Source: Candidatus Staskawiczbacteria bacterium | GTDB lineage: Bacteria; Patescibacteriota; Minisyncoccia; Minisyncoccales; Staskawiczbacteraceae | DNA length: 64,000 bases | Assembly (NCBI GenBank): GCA_903835075.1 | Contig: CAILLM010000008.1 | Location: 25,498 to 89,497, forward strand | Direction: 5' to 3' | Shown: positions 8,707-17,821 of the stretch, piece by piece | Layout: each line of letters opens with the position of its first letter | Position numbering within the stretch: position 1 is the stretch's first letter | Notes under the pieces: model-generated | The model's database searches: none | Seen by the model: only the letters and a program-made list of their open reading frames with translations | Told to the model about the DNA's origin: nothing | Position numbers and translations under genes: made by a program

Positions 8707-10533
8707 ATGATTACACAAAGACACCCAGCCAGACCTGGCGGGTACAATAGAAAACCTTTGTCCCCCGCTGGGGCCAAAGAAGGACCACGGGCATATCCCG
8801 CTTGGCCAGAAAATAACCCCGCACCCATGCCTACCGGCAGGCAGGCAATAAAAGTTTGGCGCGGAGATAATTCACTAAAAATAATTCCTCTTGGAGGATG
8901 CGAAGAAGTTGGAAGAAACATGACCTGTTTTGAATATGGACAAGATATTGTTCTGTTAGATATGGGCCTACAATTTCCAGAAGAAGATATGCCAGGAATT
9001 GATTATGTAATTCCAAATGTAGAATATTTAAAAGGAAAAGAAAAAAATATTCGTGGAGTTATATTTTCACACGGGCACTTAGACCACATTGGAGCAGCCG
9101 CAATTTTATTGCCAAAATTGGGCAACCCCCAAATAATTGGCAGGCCACTAACCCTTGAGATGGTAAAGCACCGCGTTGAAGATTTGCAAAGAGGCGCTTC
9201 AAAAAAATTGAAAACTCTTTACATAGAAAATTTGCAACAAAAAATAAATTTGGGATCTTTTACGCTTTCATTTTTCCAAATTGAGCACGCCATTATGGAC
9301 GCTGTTGGAGTAATTTTGGAAACACCAGATGGAACAATAATCCACCCTGGCGACTGGACAATTGAAAAAAATCCACAAGGCAGACCAGAAATTGATTATG
9401 GGCATTTAGCTAACATAAAAAGACCAACAATTTTAATGTTGGAATCTTTGGGGGCCACAAATTCCAAAGAACCTGTTACTGAAGAGGAAATGTTGAATAA
9501 CCTTTATAATTTAATCAACAAAGCACCTGGCAGAATTATTATCGCTACATTTTCTTCACAAATTCAAAGAATAAGACAAATTTTAGAGCACGCGGCAAAA
9601 ACCAACAAAAAAGTTGCGCTAGATGGTTTTTCAATGAAGTTAAACATAGAGCTTGCAACAAAACTTGGCTACATTAAAATTCCTAAAGGAGTAATAATTC
9701 CAATAGATAAAATTCATACAGTACCAGACAACAAAGTTGTTGTAATTTGCACAGGAGGACAAGGTGAAGAAATGGCAGCACTTTCAAGAATTGTTGCCGG
9801 CAACCACAGATTTATTAAAATCAAGAAAGAAGACACCGTTGTCTTTTCCTCATCGGTTATCCCAGGAAACGAGCGCACGGTTCAAAGAGTAAAAGACAAC
9901 CTTTACAGACAAAGCGACAATGTTTACCATTCAGATATTATTGATGTTCACATTTCAGGACACAGCAACATAGATGGAATAAAGCACATGCTAAGAGAAA
10001 TTAAGCCAGATTATTTTATCCCTGTTTATGCTAACCACTACTTCTTAAAAGAAGCTTCAAAAATTGCTCAAGGAATGGGCTTTAGAAAAGACAGAATTTT
10101 TGTGCCAGACAATGGTTCAATTATAAAATTCACCCAAAATAGTGCAGAAATTTTGAAAGAAAAGGTTCCTGTAAATTATGTTTTTGTTGACGGTTTGGGA
10201 GTTGGCGATGTTGGAGAAATTGTTTTACGTGACAGACAAATGTTGGCAGAAGATGGAATGTTTGTTATTGTTACTGTAATAGACAAAAGAACCGGGCAAG
10301 TGCGTGGCAGCCCAGATATTATTTCCCGCGGATTTATTTATTTGCGAGAATCTAAAGATTTGCTTGCTCAAACACGTAAAAAAGTTATTGAAATTGTAGA
10401 TAAATCTGCTGGTCACGGAGGAGCTATAAACTGGACCTATGTTAAAGATGAAATAAGAAACAAAGTTGGCGACTTCTTAGCGACCAAAACCTCCCGCAGA
10501 CCAATGATTTTACCAGTTGTTATTGAAGTTTAA
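8707..10533 (+). CDS. rnj: Ribonuclease J
   Basis: IIPLGGCEEVGRNM, SHGHLDHIG, HISGH, RRPMILPVVIEV. Confidence 0.95.
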   Translation: MITQRHPARPGGYNRKPLSPAGAKEGPRAYPAWPENNPAPMPTGRQAIKVWRGDNSLKIIPLGGCEEVGRNMTCFEYGQDIVLLDMGLQFPEEDMPGIDYVIPNVEYLKGKEKNIRGVIFSHGHLDHIGAAAILLPKLGNPQIIGRPLTLEMVKHRVEDLQRGASKKLKTLYIENLQQKINLGSFTLSFFQIEHAIMDAVGVILETPDGTIIHPGDWTIEKNPQGRPEIDYGHLANIKRPTILMLESLGATNSKEPVTEEEMLNNLYNLINKAPGRIIIATFSSQIQRIRQILEHAAKTNKKVALDGFSMKLNIELATKLGYIKIPKGVIIPIDKIHTVPDNKVVVICTGGQGEEMAALSRIVAGNHRFIKIKKEDTVVFSSSVIPGNERTVQRVKDNLYRQSDNVYHSDIIDVHISGHSNIDGIKHMLREIKPDYFIPVYANHYFLKEASKIAQGMGFRKDRIFVPDNGSIIKFTQNSAEILKEKVPVNYVFVDGLGVGDVGEIVLRDRQMLAEDGMFVIVTVIDKRTGQVRGSPDIISRGFIYLRESKDLLAQTRKKVIEIVDKSAGHGGAINWTYVKDEIRNKVGDFLATKTSRRPMILPVVIEV

Positions 10534-10562
10534 TTTAAATTAAAAATTTAAAATTAAAAATT

Positions 10563-11540
10563 ATGCGCATTTTTAGCGGCATCCGCCCTACTGGCGGGCT
10601 ACATATAGGAAATTATTTAGGAGCTATAAAGCAATGGATTGCTTTGCAAGAAACCAATGAATGCATTTTTTGCATTGTTGATTTGCATGCAATCACAACG
10701 CCTTACGACCCCAAAGAACTTCAAAAAAACATACTAGAAGCTACTGCAATTTATTTAGCAGCCGGCATAGATCCCGAAAAATCTATTATTTTTGTGCAAT
10801 CTGAAGTTAAAGAGCATTCTGAGTTAGCTTGGCTTCTAGAAACTATAACCCCAATGGGTGAACTTTCCCGTATGACACAATTTAAAGAAAAGTCTAAACA
10901 ATATAAGGACTATGTAAACGCAGGATTATTTAACTACCCTGTTTTAATGGCTGGTGACATTCTTTTATACCGCGCAAAAGCCGTACCTGTTGGAAAGGAC
11001 CAAGAACAACATGTAGAATTATCTCGCACAATTGCCAGAAAGTTTAATCAGAAATTTGGACAAATTTTTCCAGAACCAGAAACTATTTTACCAAAAACAG
11101 GAGCCAAAATAATGAGCTTAACTGACCCCAAAAAGAAAATGTCTAAGTCAGATGACCCAAAATCATGCATTTCTCTTTTTGACACGCCAGAAGATATTAC
11201 AAAGAAAATAATGTCTGCTGAAACTGATTCTGGCAAAGATGTAATTTACAACGTCACCAAAAAACCTGGCATCTCTAACCTTTTAACTATTTATCATTTA
11301 TTAACCGACACACCAATTCCTGAAATTGAAAAACAATTCAAAGGAAAAGGATACGGCGACTTTAAAAAAGCCTTAGCAAAAGTTGTAGTTGATTATTTGG
11401 AGCCATTCCGAAGAAAACAAAAAGAATTACAAACCCGCGACGTTTATGTAAAAGACATTTTAGAAAAAGGCGCCGAAAGAGCCCGAACAATTGCCGAAAC
11501 CACTATGAAAGAAGTTCATGAAAAAATGGGTCTTTCATAA
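10563..11540 (+). CDS. trpS: Tryptophan--tRNA ligase
   Basis: HIGN and KMSKS motifs, VPVGKDQEQH. Confidence 0.97.
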   Translation: MRIFSGIRPTGGLHIGNYLGAIKQWIALQETNECIFCIVDLHAITTPYDPKELQKNILEATAIYLAAGIDPEKSIIFVQSEVKEHSELAWLLETITPMGELSRMTQFKEKSKQYKDYVNAGLFNYPVLMAGDILLYRAKAVPVGKDQEQHVELSRTIARKFNQKFGQIFPEPETILPKTGAKIMSLTDPKKKMSKSDDPKSCISLFDTPEDITKKIMSAETDSGKDVIYNVTKKPGISNLLTIYHLLTDTPIPEIEKQFKGKGYGDFKKALAKVVVDYLEPFRRKQKELQTRDVYVKDILEKGAERARTIAETTMKEVHEKMGLS

Positions 11541-11551
11541 ATTAAAACATT

Positions 11552-11592
11552 AAAAAACAGCCGGGGTACCCATTTGGGTCCCGGCTGTTTTT
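11552..11592. terminator. Bidirectional intrinsic terminator between convergent trpS and phosphomutase genes
   Basis: aaaaaacagccggg...cccggctgttttt. Confidence 0.8.
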
Positions 11593-11595
11593 ATT

Positions 11596-12924
11596 TTATT
11601 TTTTAATCAATTTAGTTAGTTCTTTTATTTTTTGATCTAAAAGTTTTTGCGTGTCAGCCTCAATTGTTAGACGCAACAAGGGCTCAGTATTGGACGGTCG
11701 GGCATTAAACCACCAATCTTCATATCTAACGGTTATGCCGTCTATAAAATCTTGCGACACATCTGAATATTTTTTCTTAATTTTTTCCAAAATAGCTGTT
11801 TTATCGTTAACCGTAAAATTTATTTCGGGCGTTTTGAAATACTTATAAAAAGGTTTCACTATTTCTGAAAGTGGCTGATTGTAAGCAGACAATAATTGAA
11901 GTAAAATTACAAAAGCGATAAATCCGGAATCAGAATAGCCATTGTCGCGAAAACAATAATGCGAAGACAGTTCTCCACCCATGATACTCCCATGCTCACG
12001 CATTAAAGTAGAAATAAATATATATCCAACCCTAGAAGCAATCGCCTCTCCGCCCCATTTTTTGACCATTTCAGGCACTATTTTTGAACACACAACATTG
12101 TAAACAATGCTAGCACCAGGTTCTCTTTCTATAAATAATTTTGCGAGCAAGAGCAATGTTATGTCCGCAGGTATTACAACTCCCCTTTCATCTATAAAAA
12201 TTAGCCTATCAGTGTCTCCATCAAAAATAACACCAAAATCAGCCTTTTCTTTTACGATGGTTTCACAGATTTCTTTTTGTGACTCTGGCAACAACGGGTT
12301 AGAAGGATGAGCAGGAAAATGACCGTCCAATTTAAAATTCAAAGACACTATATTTAACGGCAATCCTTCTGTTAAAATAGGGATTATCTTACCCGCCATG
12401 CCATTACCCGCATCTACCACAACCTTAAATGGTTTTATTTTATCAACGTTGATGAAACTTAAAATATGACTTATAAAGCCCGGCATGATATTCTCTTCTC
12501 TGACCTCACCCTTAACATCGCTAATTTTTTCTGATAAATTTGTTACCTCTTCCAGCATTCCTGATACCACTACCCATTTCATATTTTTTAAAACCATTTT
12601 AAAACCGTTGTAATCAGAAGGATTATGTGAAGCAGTCACCATAATTCCCGCTTCATCTCCCAATTTATTCACGCAAAAATAAACAGCATCAATTGGCACC
12701 AATCCAATATCTTTTACATTTACGCCTTCATCGGTAATGCCATTAATTAGTGCACTTTTAAGCACTGAGCCGGAAAGCCTCATGTCCGAACCCACTGTTA
12801 TTTTTTTAGCCTTAGAATGTTTGGCAAAAGCACGCCCAATCAAATAGGCCGAATTTTCATCAAGCTCAGATGGATATATGCCACGGATATCGTAAGACTT
12901 AAATATGTTATAATTAATTTCCAT
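11596..12924 (-). CDS. Phosphomannomutase/phosphoglucomutase
   Basis: YDIRG, TASHNP, DGDTDR, RPSNTEP. Confidence 0.93.
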   Translation of the reverse strand: MEINYNIFKSYDIRGIYPSELDENSAYLIGRAFAKHSKAKKITVGSDMRLSGSVLKSALINGITDEGVNVKDIGLVPIDAVYFCVNKLGDEAGIMVTASHNPSDYNGFKMVLKNMKWVVVSGMLEEVTNLSEKISDVKGEVREENIMPGFISHILSFINVDKIKPFKVVVDAGNGMAGKIIPILTEGLPLNIVSLNFKLDGHFPAHPSNPLLPESQKEICETIVKEKADFGVIFDGDTDRLIFIDERGVVIPADITLLLLAKLFIEREPGASIVYNVVCSKIVPEMVKKWGGEAIASRVGYIFISTLMREHGSIMGGELSSHYCFRDNGYSDSGFIAFVILLQLLSAYNQPLSEIVKPFYKYFKTPEINFTVNDKTAILEKIKKKYSDVSQDFIDGITVRYEDWWFNARPSNTEPLLRLTIEADTQKLLDQKIKELTKLIKK

Positions 12925-12979
12925 TTTATTTATTCATATATTATACATAAATAATAATCTAAAATCCAGCAAACAGGGG

Positions 12980-13008
12980 TTGATTTTATAGACATCTTCT
13001 GTTATAAT
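12980..13008 (+). promoter_or_regulatory. Sigma70-type promoter of rpsF operon
   Basis: TTGATT-17 bp-TATAAT with TGn extension. Confidence 0.65.
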
Positions 13009-13102
13009 GCGGTATAATAAATTAAATGGAATGTGATCTTCCATGCGTCTGCGTGCAGACGTCTTGAAGCTAAAACTTCAGGATTTCATGTTCTACAAAC
13101 AA

Positions 13103-13618
13103 ATGAAAACATACGAATTAGCGTATATAATTTCTCCGGAAATAACATCCGAAGAAGCCACAGCCAAGGCACAAGAAATAGAATCTGCTATACAAAGCAG
13201 AGAAGGAACAATTGTAAAACAACAAAATCCTGTTGCTAGAACTCTTTCCTATCAAATAGAAAAAAGAGCTTCAGGATATTTTGGAGTTATAGAATTTCAA
13301 TTAGAGCCTGAAAAATTATTAGAAGTAAAAGACATTGTTGCCAAAGATAAAAAAATTGTGAGACATATGCTTGTGATAAAAGAAGCTGCTGAGTTTAAAA
13401 AAGCAAGAAGAACTCGCGAAACTCCAAAAGTAAAAGTAGAAGCCGAAGAACTTTCTGTTTTTTCAACAACGCCTCTTACGGACGAGACAAAAGTAGAAGT
13501 TGAAACTCCAAAAGTAGAAGAAGAGGAAGCAGAAGACTCACCTACCAAAAAAGAAGCTAAAGAAAAAGTTGAATTAAAAGATATTGAACACGAATTAGAC
13601 GAAATATTAGGAGAATAA
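13103..13618 (+). CDS. rpsF: 30S ribosomal protein S6 with acidic C-terminal extension
   Basis: MKTYELAYII...RTLSYQIEK..SGYF; first gene of rpsF-ssb-rpsR. Confidence 0.92.
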   Translation: MKTYELAYIISPEITSEEATAKAQEIESAIQSREGTIVKQQNPVARTLSYQIEKRASGYFGVIEFQLEPEKLLEVKDIVAKDKKIVRHMLVIKEAAEFKKARRTRETPKVKVEAEELSVFSTTPLTDETKVEVETPKVEEEEAEDSPTKKEAKEKVELKDIEHELDEILGE

Positions 13619-13636
13619 TTAATTTAATAAATTATT

Positions 13637-14182
13637 ATGAATCTAAATAAAGCATTCGTTCTTGGCAACGTCACCCGTGAACCAGAAGTAAAAAATTTGC
13701 CATCGGGGCAACAAGTAACAAACTTTAGCATTGCCACAAACAGATTTCACACTTCGGGATCTGGAGAAAAAAAACAAGAAGCAGAGTTTCATAATATTGT
13801 TTGCTTTGGCAAGTTAGCCGACATATCAGCAAGATATTTAACAAAGGGCGGACTAGTGTTAATAGAAGGAAGAATCCAAACAAGAAATTGGACAAACACC
13901 GCCGGGGCTAAACAATACAGAACAGAAATTATTGCCGAATCTTTGCAATTAGGGCCAAAAGGAGCGAGCATGACAACAGACAGCGGTAGTGGATATTCAA
14001 AAAAATCATATACCCCAAAATCCGAATCAGATGGGCAGGACTTACCACAAATGCCTTCTAATGAAATTCCTATCATTGAAGAAGATTATACTCCACCAGC
14101 AGATGACTCAGGAGACCACAAAACAGTTTCATTTGAAGATGATGCTGCAGATGAGATTGACGTTCGCGATATCCCCTTCTAG
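13637..14182 (+). CDS. ssb: Single-stranded DNA-binding protein
   Basis: MNLNKAFVLGN, OB fold, C-terminal DIPF. Confidence 0.97.
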   Translation: MNLNKAFVLGNVTREPEVKNLPSGQQVTNFSIATNRFHTSGSGEKKQEAEFHNIVCFGKLADISARYLTKGGLVLIEGRIQTRNWTNTAGAKQYRTEIIAESLQLGPKGASMTTDSGSGYSKKSYTPKSESDGQDLPQMPSNEIPIIEEDYTPPADDSGDHKTVSFEDDAADEIDVRDIPF

Positions 14183-14230
14183 AAATTTATCAGCCATATT
14201 AATCAACTTTTAAGTATTAGAGAATATTTT

Positions 14231-14923
14231 ATGTCTTCTAAAGCATACTACTTAAAAAATCGAGACGAAATATTGCGGAAAAAGAGGGCATATTATGAAA
14301 AAAATAAGCCCGTCCTAAAAGAAAAATTAAAACTTTCTGGTAAAAAATGGTACGCAAAGAATAAAGAAAATGTCCAAATATTACATAGGGAATATTACAA
14401 AAATAATATTGCAAAAGAATCTGAACGTCATAAAATAATCTATCTGAAAAATAAGGATAGTATATTAGAAAAAAGTAAAAAATATTATTTGGAAAATTTG
14501 GAAACTATTCGCCTTAGACATAAAAAATATAATAAAGACAATAAAGATAAACTATCTGATTACAAGGGCACGTGGCAAAAAATCAGGAGAAAAATAAACC
14601 CACGGTGGAAATTAGATGAGAATATGGGCAGGGCACTATGGTCATCATTAAAAAGTAAAAAAGCAGGTAAAAAATGGGAGCACTTTGTCGAATATAATCT
14701 AGATCAATTAATGCAACATTTAGAGGGAAAGTTTGACGAAAAAATGAATTGGGATAATTATGGAAGTTATTGGGCAGTTGACCATATAAAACCGAAAACC
14801 TTGTTTTTATACTTTTCTGAAAATGATTCAGAATTTAAACAATGTTGGGCATTAGAAAATTTACAACCATTAGAAAAAGTAGAAAACATTAAAAAAGGTA
14901 ATCGATATATAAGCAATAAATAA
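14231..14923 (+). CDS. Free-standing HNH endonuclease-like protein
   Basis: Repeated YYxxNxE helical N-terminus; MNWDNYG..WAVDHIKP...NLQPL...NIKKGN. Confidence 0.8.
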   Translation: MSSKAYYLKNRDEILRKKRAYYEKNKPVLKEKLKLSGKKWYAKNKENVQILHREYYKNNIAKESERHKIIYLKNKDSILEKSKKYYLENLETIRLRHKKYNKDNKDKLSDYKGTWQKIRRKINPRWKLDENMGRALWSSLKSKKAGKKWEHFVEYNLDQLMQHLEGKFDEKMNWDNYGSYWAVDHIKPKTLFLYFSENDSEFKQCWALENLQPLEKVENIKKGNRYISNK

Positions 14924-14997
14924 AAAAATAAACAAGCGGAACAAGAAATATTTTCTGGCATAGCCAAAAAATATTTTCGCCCTCTGCTAAAAATAAA

Positions 14998-15192
14998 ATG
15001 TGTTACTTTTGTCAGAAAAATATTGATAGCGTAGATTTCAAAAATATAGAATTGTTATCAAAATTTATTTCAGGTTTTTATAAAATAAAACCAAGAAAAA
15101 AAACCAACCTTTGCATGTATCACCAAAAAAAGGTTGCCACAGCAGTAAAAAGAGCAAGACAATTAGGCTTACTCCCATTTACTCCAAAGTAA
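14998..15192 (+). CDS. rpsR: 30S ribosomal protein S18 (zinc-binding form)
   Basis: CYFC...DFKN..LL.KFIS...KI.PR...C..HQ...AVKRARQLGLLPF. Confidence 0.95.
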   Translation: MCYFCQKNIDSVDFKNIELLSKFISGFYKIKPRKKTNLCMYHQKKVATAVKRARQLGLLPFTPK

Positions 15193-15203
15193 GCAAACAA
15201 ATT

Positions 15204-15231
15204 AAAAACAGCCCTTCGCGGGGCTGTTTTT
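15204..15231 (+). terminator. Intrinsic terminator after rpsR
   Basis: aaaaacagccc-ttcgcg-gggctgttttt. Confidence 0.8.
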
Positions 15232-15234
15232 GTT

Positions 15235-15368
15235 TAGCGAGGTAGTGAATTCGTAGCGTACCCTGCAGGCAATTTTGCAAGGTTCGCCGAAGGCGAAAAA
15301 TTGCCGAAGCCTGAGTGAGTTGCACGCTGGCGCAACGAACGCTAGCGAAGAATTTACTGTCGAGCGAT
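15235..15368. repeat. Nested multi-hairpin MITE-like element
   Basis: ggtagtgaattc/gaatttactgtc, tagcgt/acgcta, ggcaattt/aaattgcc, ttcgccgaaggcgaa stems. Confidence 0.6.
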
Positions 15369-15371
15369 AAA

Positions 15372-16418
15372 TTACTCTTTTGGCTTTAGTACTTCTTTTT
15401 TTTCTTCACTTGCTTTTAAAGCTGCTGTTCTGACCTCTTTAAATAAATCTTTATCTGCCTTCAAGGCATTTTTTGTTTGTTCTACGCCAACTCCAAGCTT
15501 TCTTTCGCCAAAAGAAAATGTATTACCTGTTTGTTTTATTACTCCATGTAGCAAAGCTACCCTCAAAACATCAGCAGATTTTGAAATACCCTCATTATAA
15601 TAAATATCAAATTCAGCTGTTTTAAAAGGCGCTGCAACTTTATTTTTTACAATTTTTGCTTTTACCCTGTTTCCAATAATTTCTTCACCAGCTTTTATTT
15701 GAGCAGTGCGGGCCAAGTTAATTCTTACTGAAGCGTAAAACTTTAAAGCCAATCCACCAGGAGTTGTTTCGGGATTTCCAAAAACCATTCCAATTTTCAT
15801 TCTGGTTTGGTTTAAGAATATAACCATTGTGTTTGTTTTAGACATTATGGCAGAAAGCTTTCTACAGGCTTGCGACATAAGCCTTGCCTGCAAACCCATG
15901 TGCTGATCTCCAATTTCACCTTCAATTTCTCTTTGTGGAGTTAAAGCAGCAACTGAGTCAACAACAATAACGTCAATTGTGCCTGTTTTTACCAAAGTTT
16001 CCACAATTTGAAGTGCTTGCTCGCCACTATCTGGTTGCGAAATTAAAAGGTTATCCACGTCCACTCCAATGCGTCCGGCATAGTCGGGGTCCATTGCATG
16101 CTCTGCGTCAACAAAAGCACATGTACCGCCCTTTTTTTGCGCTTCAGCTATCACGTGAAGTGACAAAGTGGTCTTACCAGAAGACTCAGCCCCATATATT
16201 TCTATAATTCTTCCTCGAGGCATTCCACCAACGCCCAATGCCAAATCCATGGCAATTGAGCCTGTCGGTACAACATCAACATCAACCGCATGAATTTCGC
16301 GCATTTTCATAATTGCGCCCTCTCCAAAGCGCTCCTTAATTTCATCTAACGCACTATTTAATGCCTTGTTCTCTCCCGGCGCTGTAACTTTTTTTTCTTT
16401 TTTAGTATCTTTTGCCAC
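15372..16418 (-). CDS. recA: Recombinase RecA
   Basis: GAESSGKTT, DAEHA, SQPDSGEQ, VDSVAAL, KNKVAAPF; GTG at 16418 likely start. Confidence 0.97.
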   Translation of the reverse strand: MAKDTKKEKKVTAPGENKALNSALDEIKERFGEGAIMKMREIHAVDVDVVPTGSIAMDLALGVGGMPRGRIIEIYGAESSGKTTLSLHVIAEAQKKGGTCAFVDAEHAMDPDYAGRIGVDVDNLLISQPDSGEQALQIVETLVKTGTIDVIVVDSVAALTPQREIEGEIGDQHMGLQARLMSQACRKLSAIMSKTNTMVIFLNQTRMKIGMVFGNPETTPGGLALKFYASVRINLARTAQIKAGEEIIGNRVKAKIVKNKVAAPFKTAEFDIYYNEGISKSADVLRVALLHGVIKQTGNTFSFGERKLGVGVEQTKNALKADKDLFKEVRTAALKASEEKKEVLKPKE

Positions 16419-16507
16419 GGTCTTGTGAGCGAGGCGAACAAGGTTGCTTCGGTCCCGCTGAGCGGGAACGCTGAACACATTATTCGTTCGCGTTTATTTT
16501 TTAAAAC

Positions 16508-17617
16508 CTATTTTGTAAATTTAAAAGTGGAAAGGAAGCCTTGAAAATCTGCTATATCAAATGCTTGTGCCTCACTTTCTTTAGCAAACAAGGGGCTTGA
16601 AAAAGCTATTGTTACCAAAATTTTATTTGGTTTTTCTATATAAATATTGTAACCCTTATAAAAACCGTAAGGCTCTTGATCCGTTGGTCTTGCCACTCTC
16701 CCAGAAACAAATGTATTAAAAACCGCAGGGAAGCCATTAATATTAGTTTTTTGATAAGATTGATTATTTTTTGCTATATCATCAAGTGTATATCCTTTTT
16801 GAGTTGCAATTTCAAGTTGAGAAGTAGAATTACATTCTGGCGTAAGGTCAAAACAGGTTTGTTTTTGAGTTATTCTTATTGTTGGCATAAAATTACCATC
16901 TTCTTGAGTTGAAATATCTCCCCATTTTAAAGGATACTTAAAAGTAAATCCATATTTTTCATCTGAGTATATTTTCCACCCAGCGGTTTGGTCAATGGTA
17001 TTAGTTTTATTTTCTCTTTTAAAAACACTGACGTTTATATTTTTTTCTAAATTTGGTTGCATTTTTTTCCACTGAATTGAAAGGTCACCGCTTGGCATTG
17101 GAGTGACGGTAAATAAAACATCTCCTTTTTTAAATTGTTTATCTGTGTTATCTGCACCATATGAATCAAAAATAATGTCCATTGGACTTGTAGAATCTTT
17201 TATCGCAACAGCTGCATTAATTCTTGTTAAAGTTTGGAAGCCATCAATATTAACATATGTATATACGTGGCCATCGGCACCATCAACAATAGAAAATTTA
17301 TACATCCAATCTTCATTTGGCGGTGCAGATTCTTCAAATTGATAAGCTCCATACCACGAAAATGGTGCTTTAGTTGCAGATGACAAGCTATTTTGGATAT
17401 TCTTATTTTCAGAAGCCTGTTTTGAAATTAAAAAATATTGCCAGGCAAAAACTCCGCCAAAAACAATACCTGTAAATAATACAATTATTAAAATACCCAC
17501 CCAAGTAGAAATTTGTTTTTTCTGACCTGCCCTGAGCTTGTCGAAGGGTTTAGGCATTATTGGTGGCGTTGGCTGAACCGGCGAATTCATATTTTCTTGA
17601 TTTATATTTGGCTCCAT
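16508..17617 (-). CDS. Membrane-anchored extracellular protein with PsbP-like C-terminal domain
   Basis: Single TM then WKIYSDEKYGFTFKYP..W and LSTFKF motifs typical of CPR surface proteins. Confidence 0.7.
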   Translation of the reverse strand: MEPNINQENMNSPVQPTPPIMPKPFDKLRAGQKKQISTWVGILIIVLFTGIVFGGVFAWQYFLISKQASENKNIQNSLSSATKAPFSWYGAYQFEESAPPNEDWMYKFSIVDGADGHVYTYVNIDGFQTLTRINAAVAIKDSTSPMDIIFDSYGADNTDKQFKKGDVLFTVTPMPSGDLSIQWKKMQPNLEKNINVSVFKRENKTNTIDQTAGWKIYSDEKYGFTFKYPLKWGDISTQEDGNFMPTIRITQKQTCFDLTPECNSTSQLEIATQKGYTLDDIAKNNQSYQKTNINGFPAVFNTFVSGRVARPTDQEPYGFYKGYNIYIEKPNKILVTIAFSSPLFAKESEAQAFDIADFQGFLSTFKFTK

Positions 17618-17641
17618 AAGTTTTTATCTTTTAATTTTAAA

Positions 17642-17800
17642 CTAATTTATTTTTTGAGGATTTATTAATTCATTCGTAAATTCATAATCCGAAATTTCTA
17701 AATCAGAAACTCGCAGATGCTTGAGTTCCCTTTTAGCTTGCTCTAAAAATTCCGTTACTCTTTTTTCATTATTTTTGGTTACTTTTCTTTTTTGTTTCAT
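17642..17800 (-). CDS. Small hypothetical protein (52 aa)
   Basis: Manual translation MKQKRKVTKNNEKRVTEFLEQAKRELKHL...; fills gap between co-oriented genes. Confidence 0.4.
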   Translation of the reverse strand: MKQKRKVTKNNEKRVTEFLEQAKRELKHLRVSDLEISDYEFTNELINPQKIN

Positions 17801-17821
17801 ATCACGGGGTTTTCGTTGCAC

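Noticed and set aside
8380-8921. Minus-strand ORFs 8380..8700 and 8679..8921
   Set aside because: Antisense to tRNA-Leu, repeats and rnj; openness is explained by GC-rich palindromes
13033-13102. Longer rpsF start at 13043 and overlapping ORF at 13033
   Set aside because: S6 homology begins at MKTYEL (13103); upstream sequence looks like a structured leader
14183-14997. Group I intron housing the HNH gene
   Set aside because: ssb and rpsR both look complete and flanks are too short (about 50 and 75 bp) for an intron core
16419-16478. N-terminal extension of RecA in the ORF track
   Set aside because: Derives from a palindromic insert; GTG at 16418 gives a normal-length RecA
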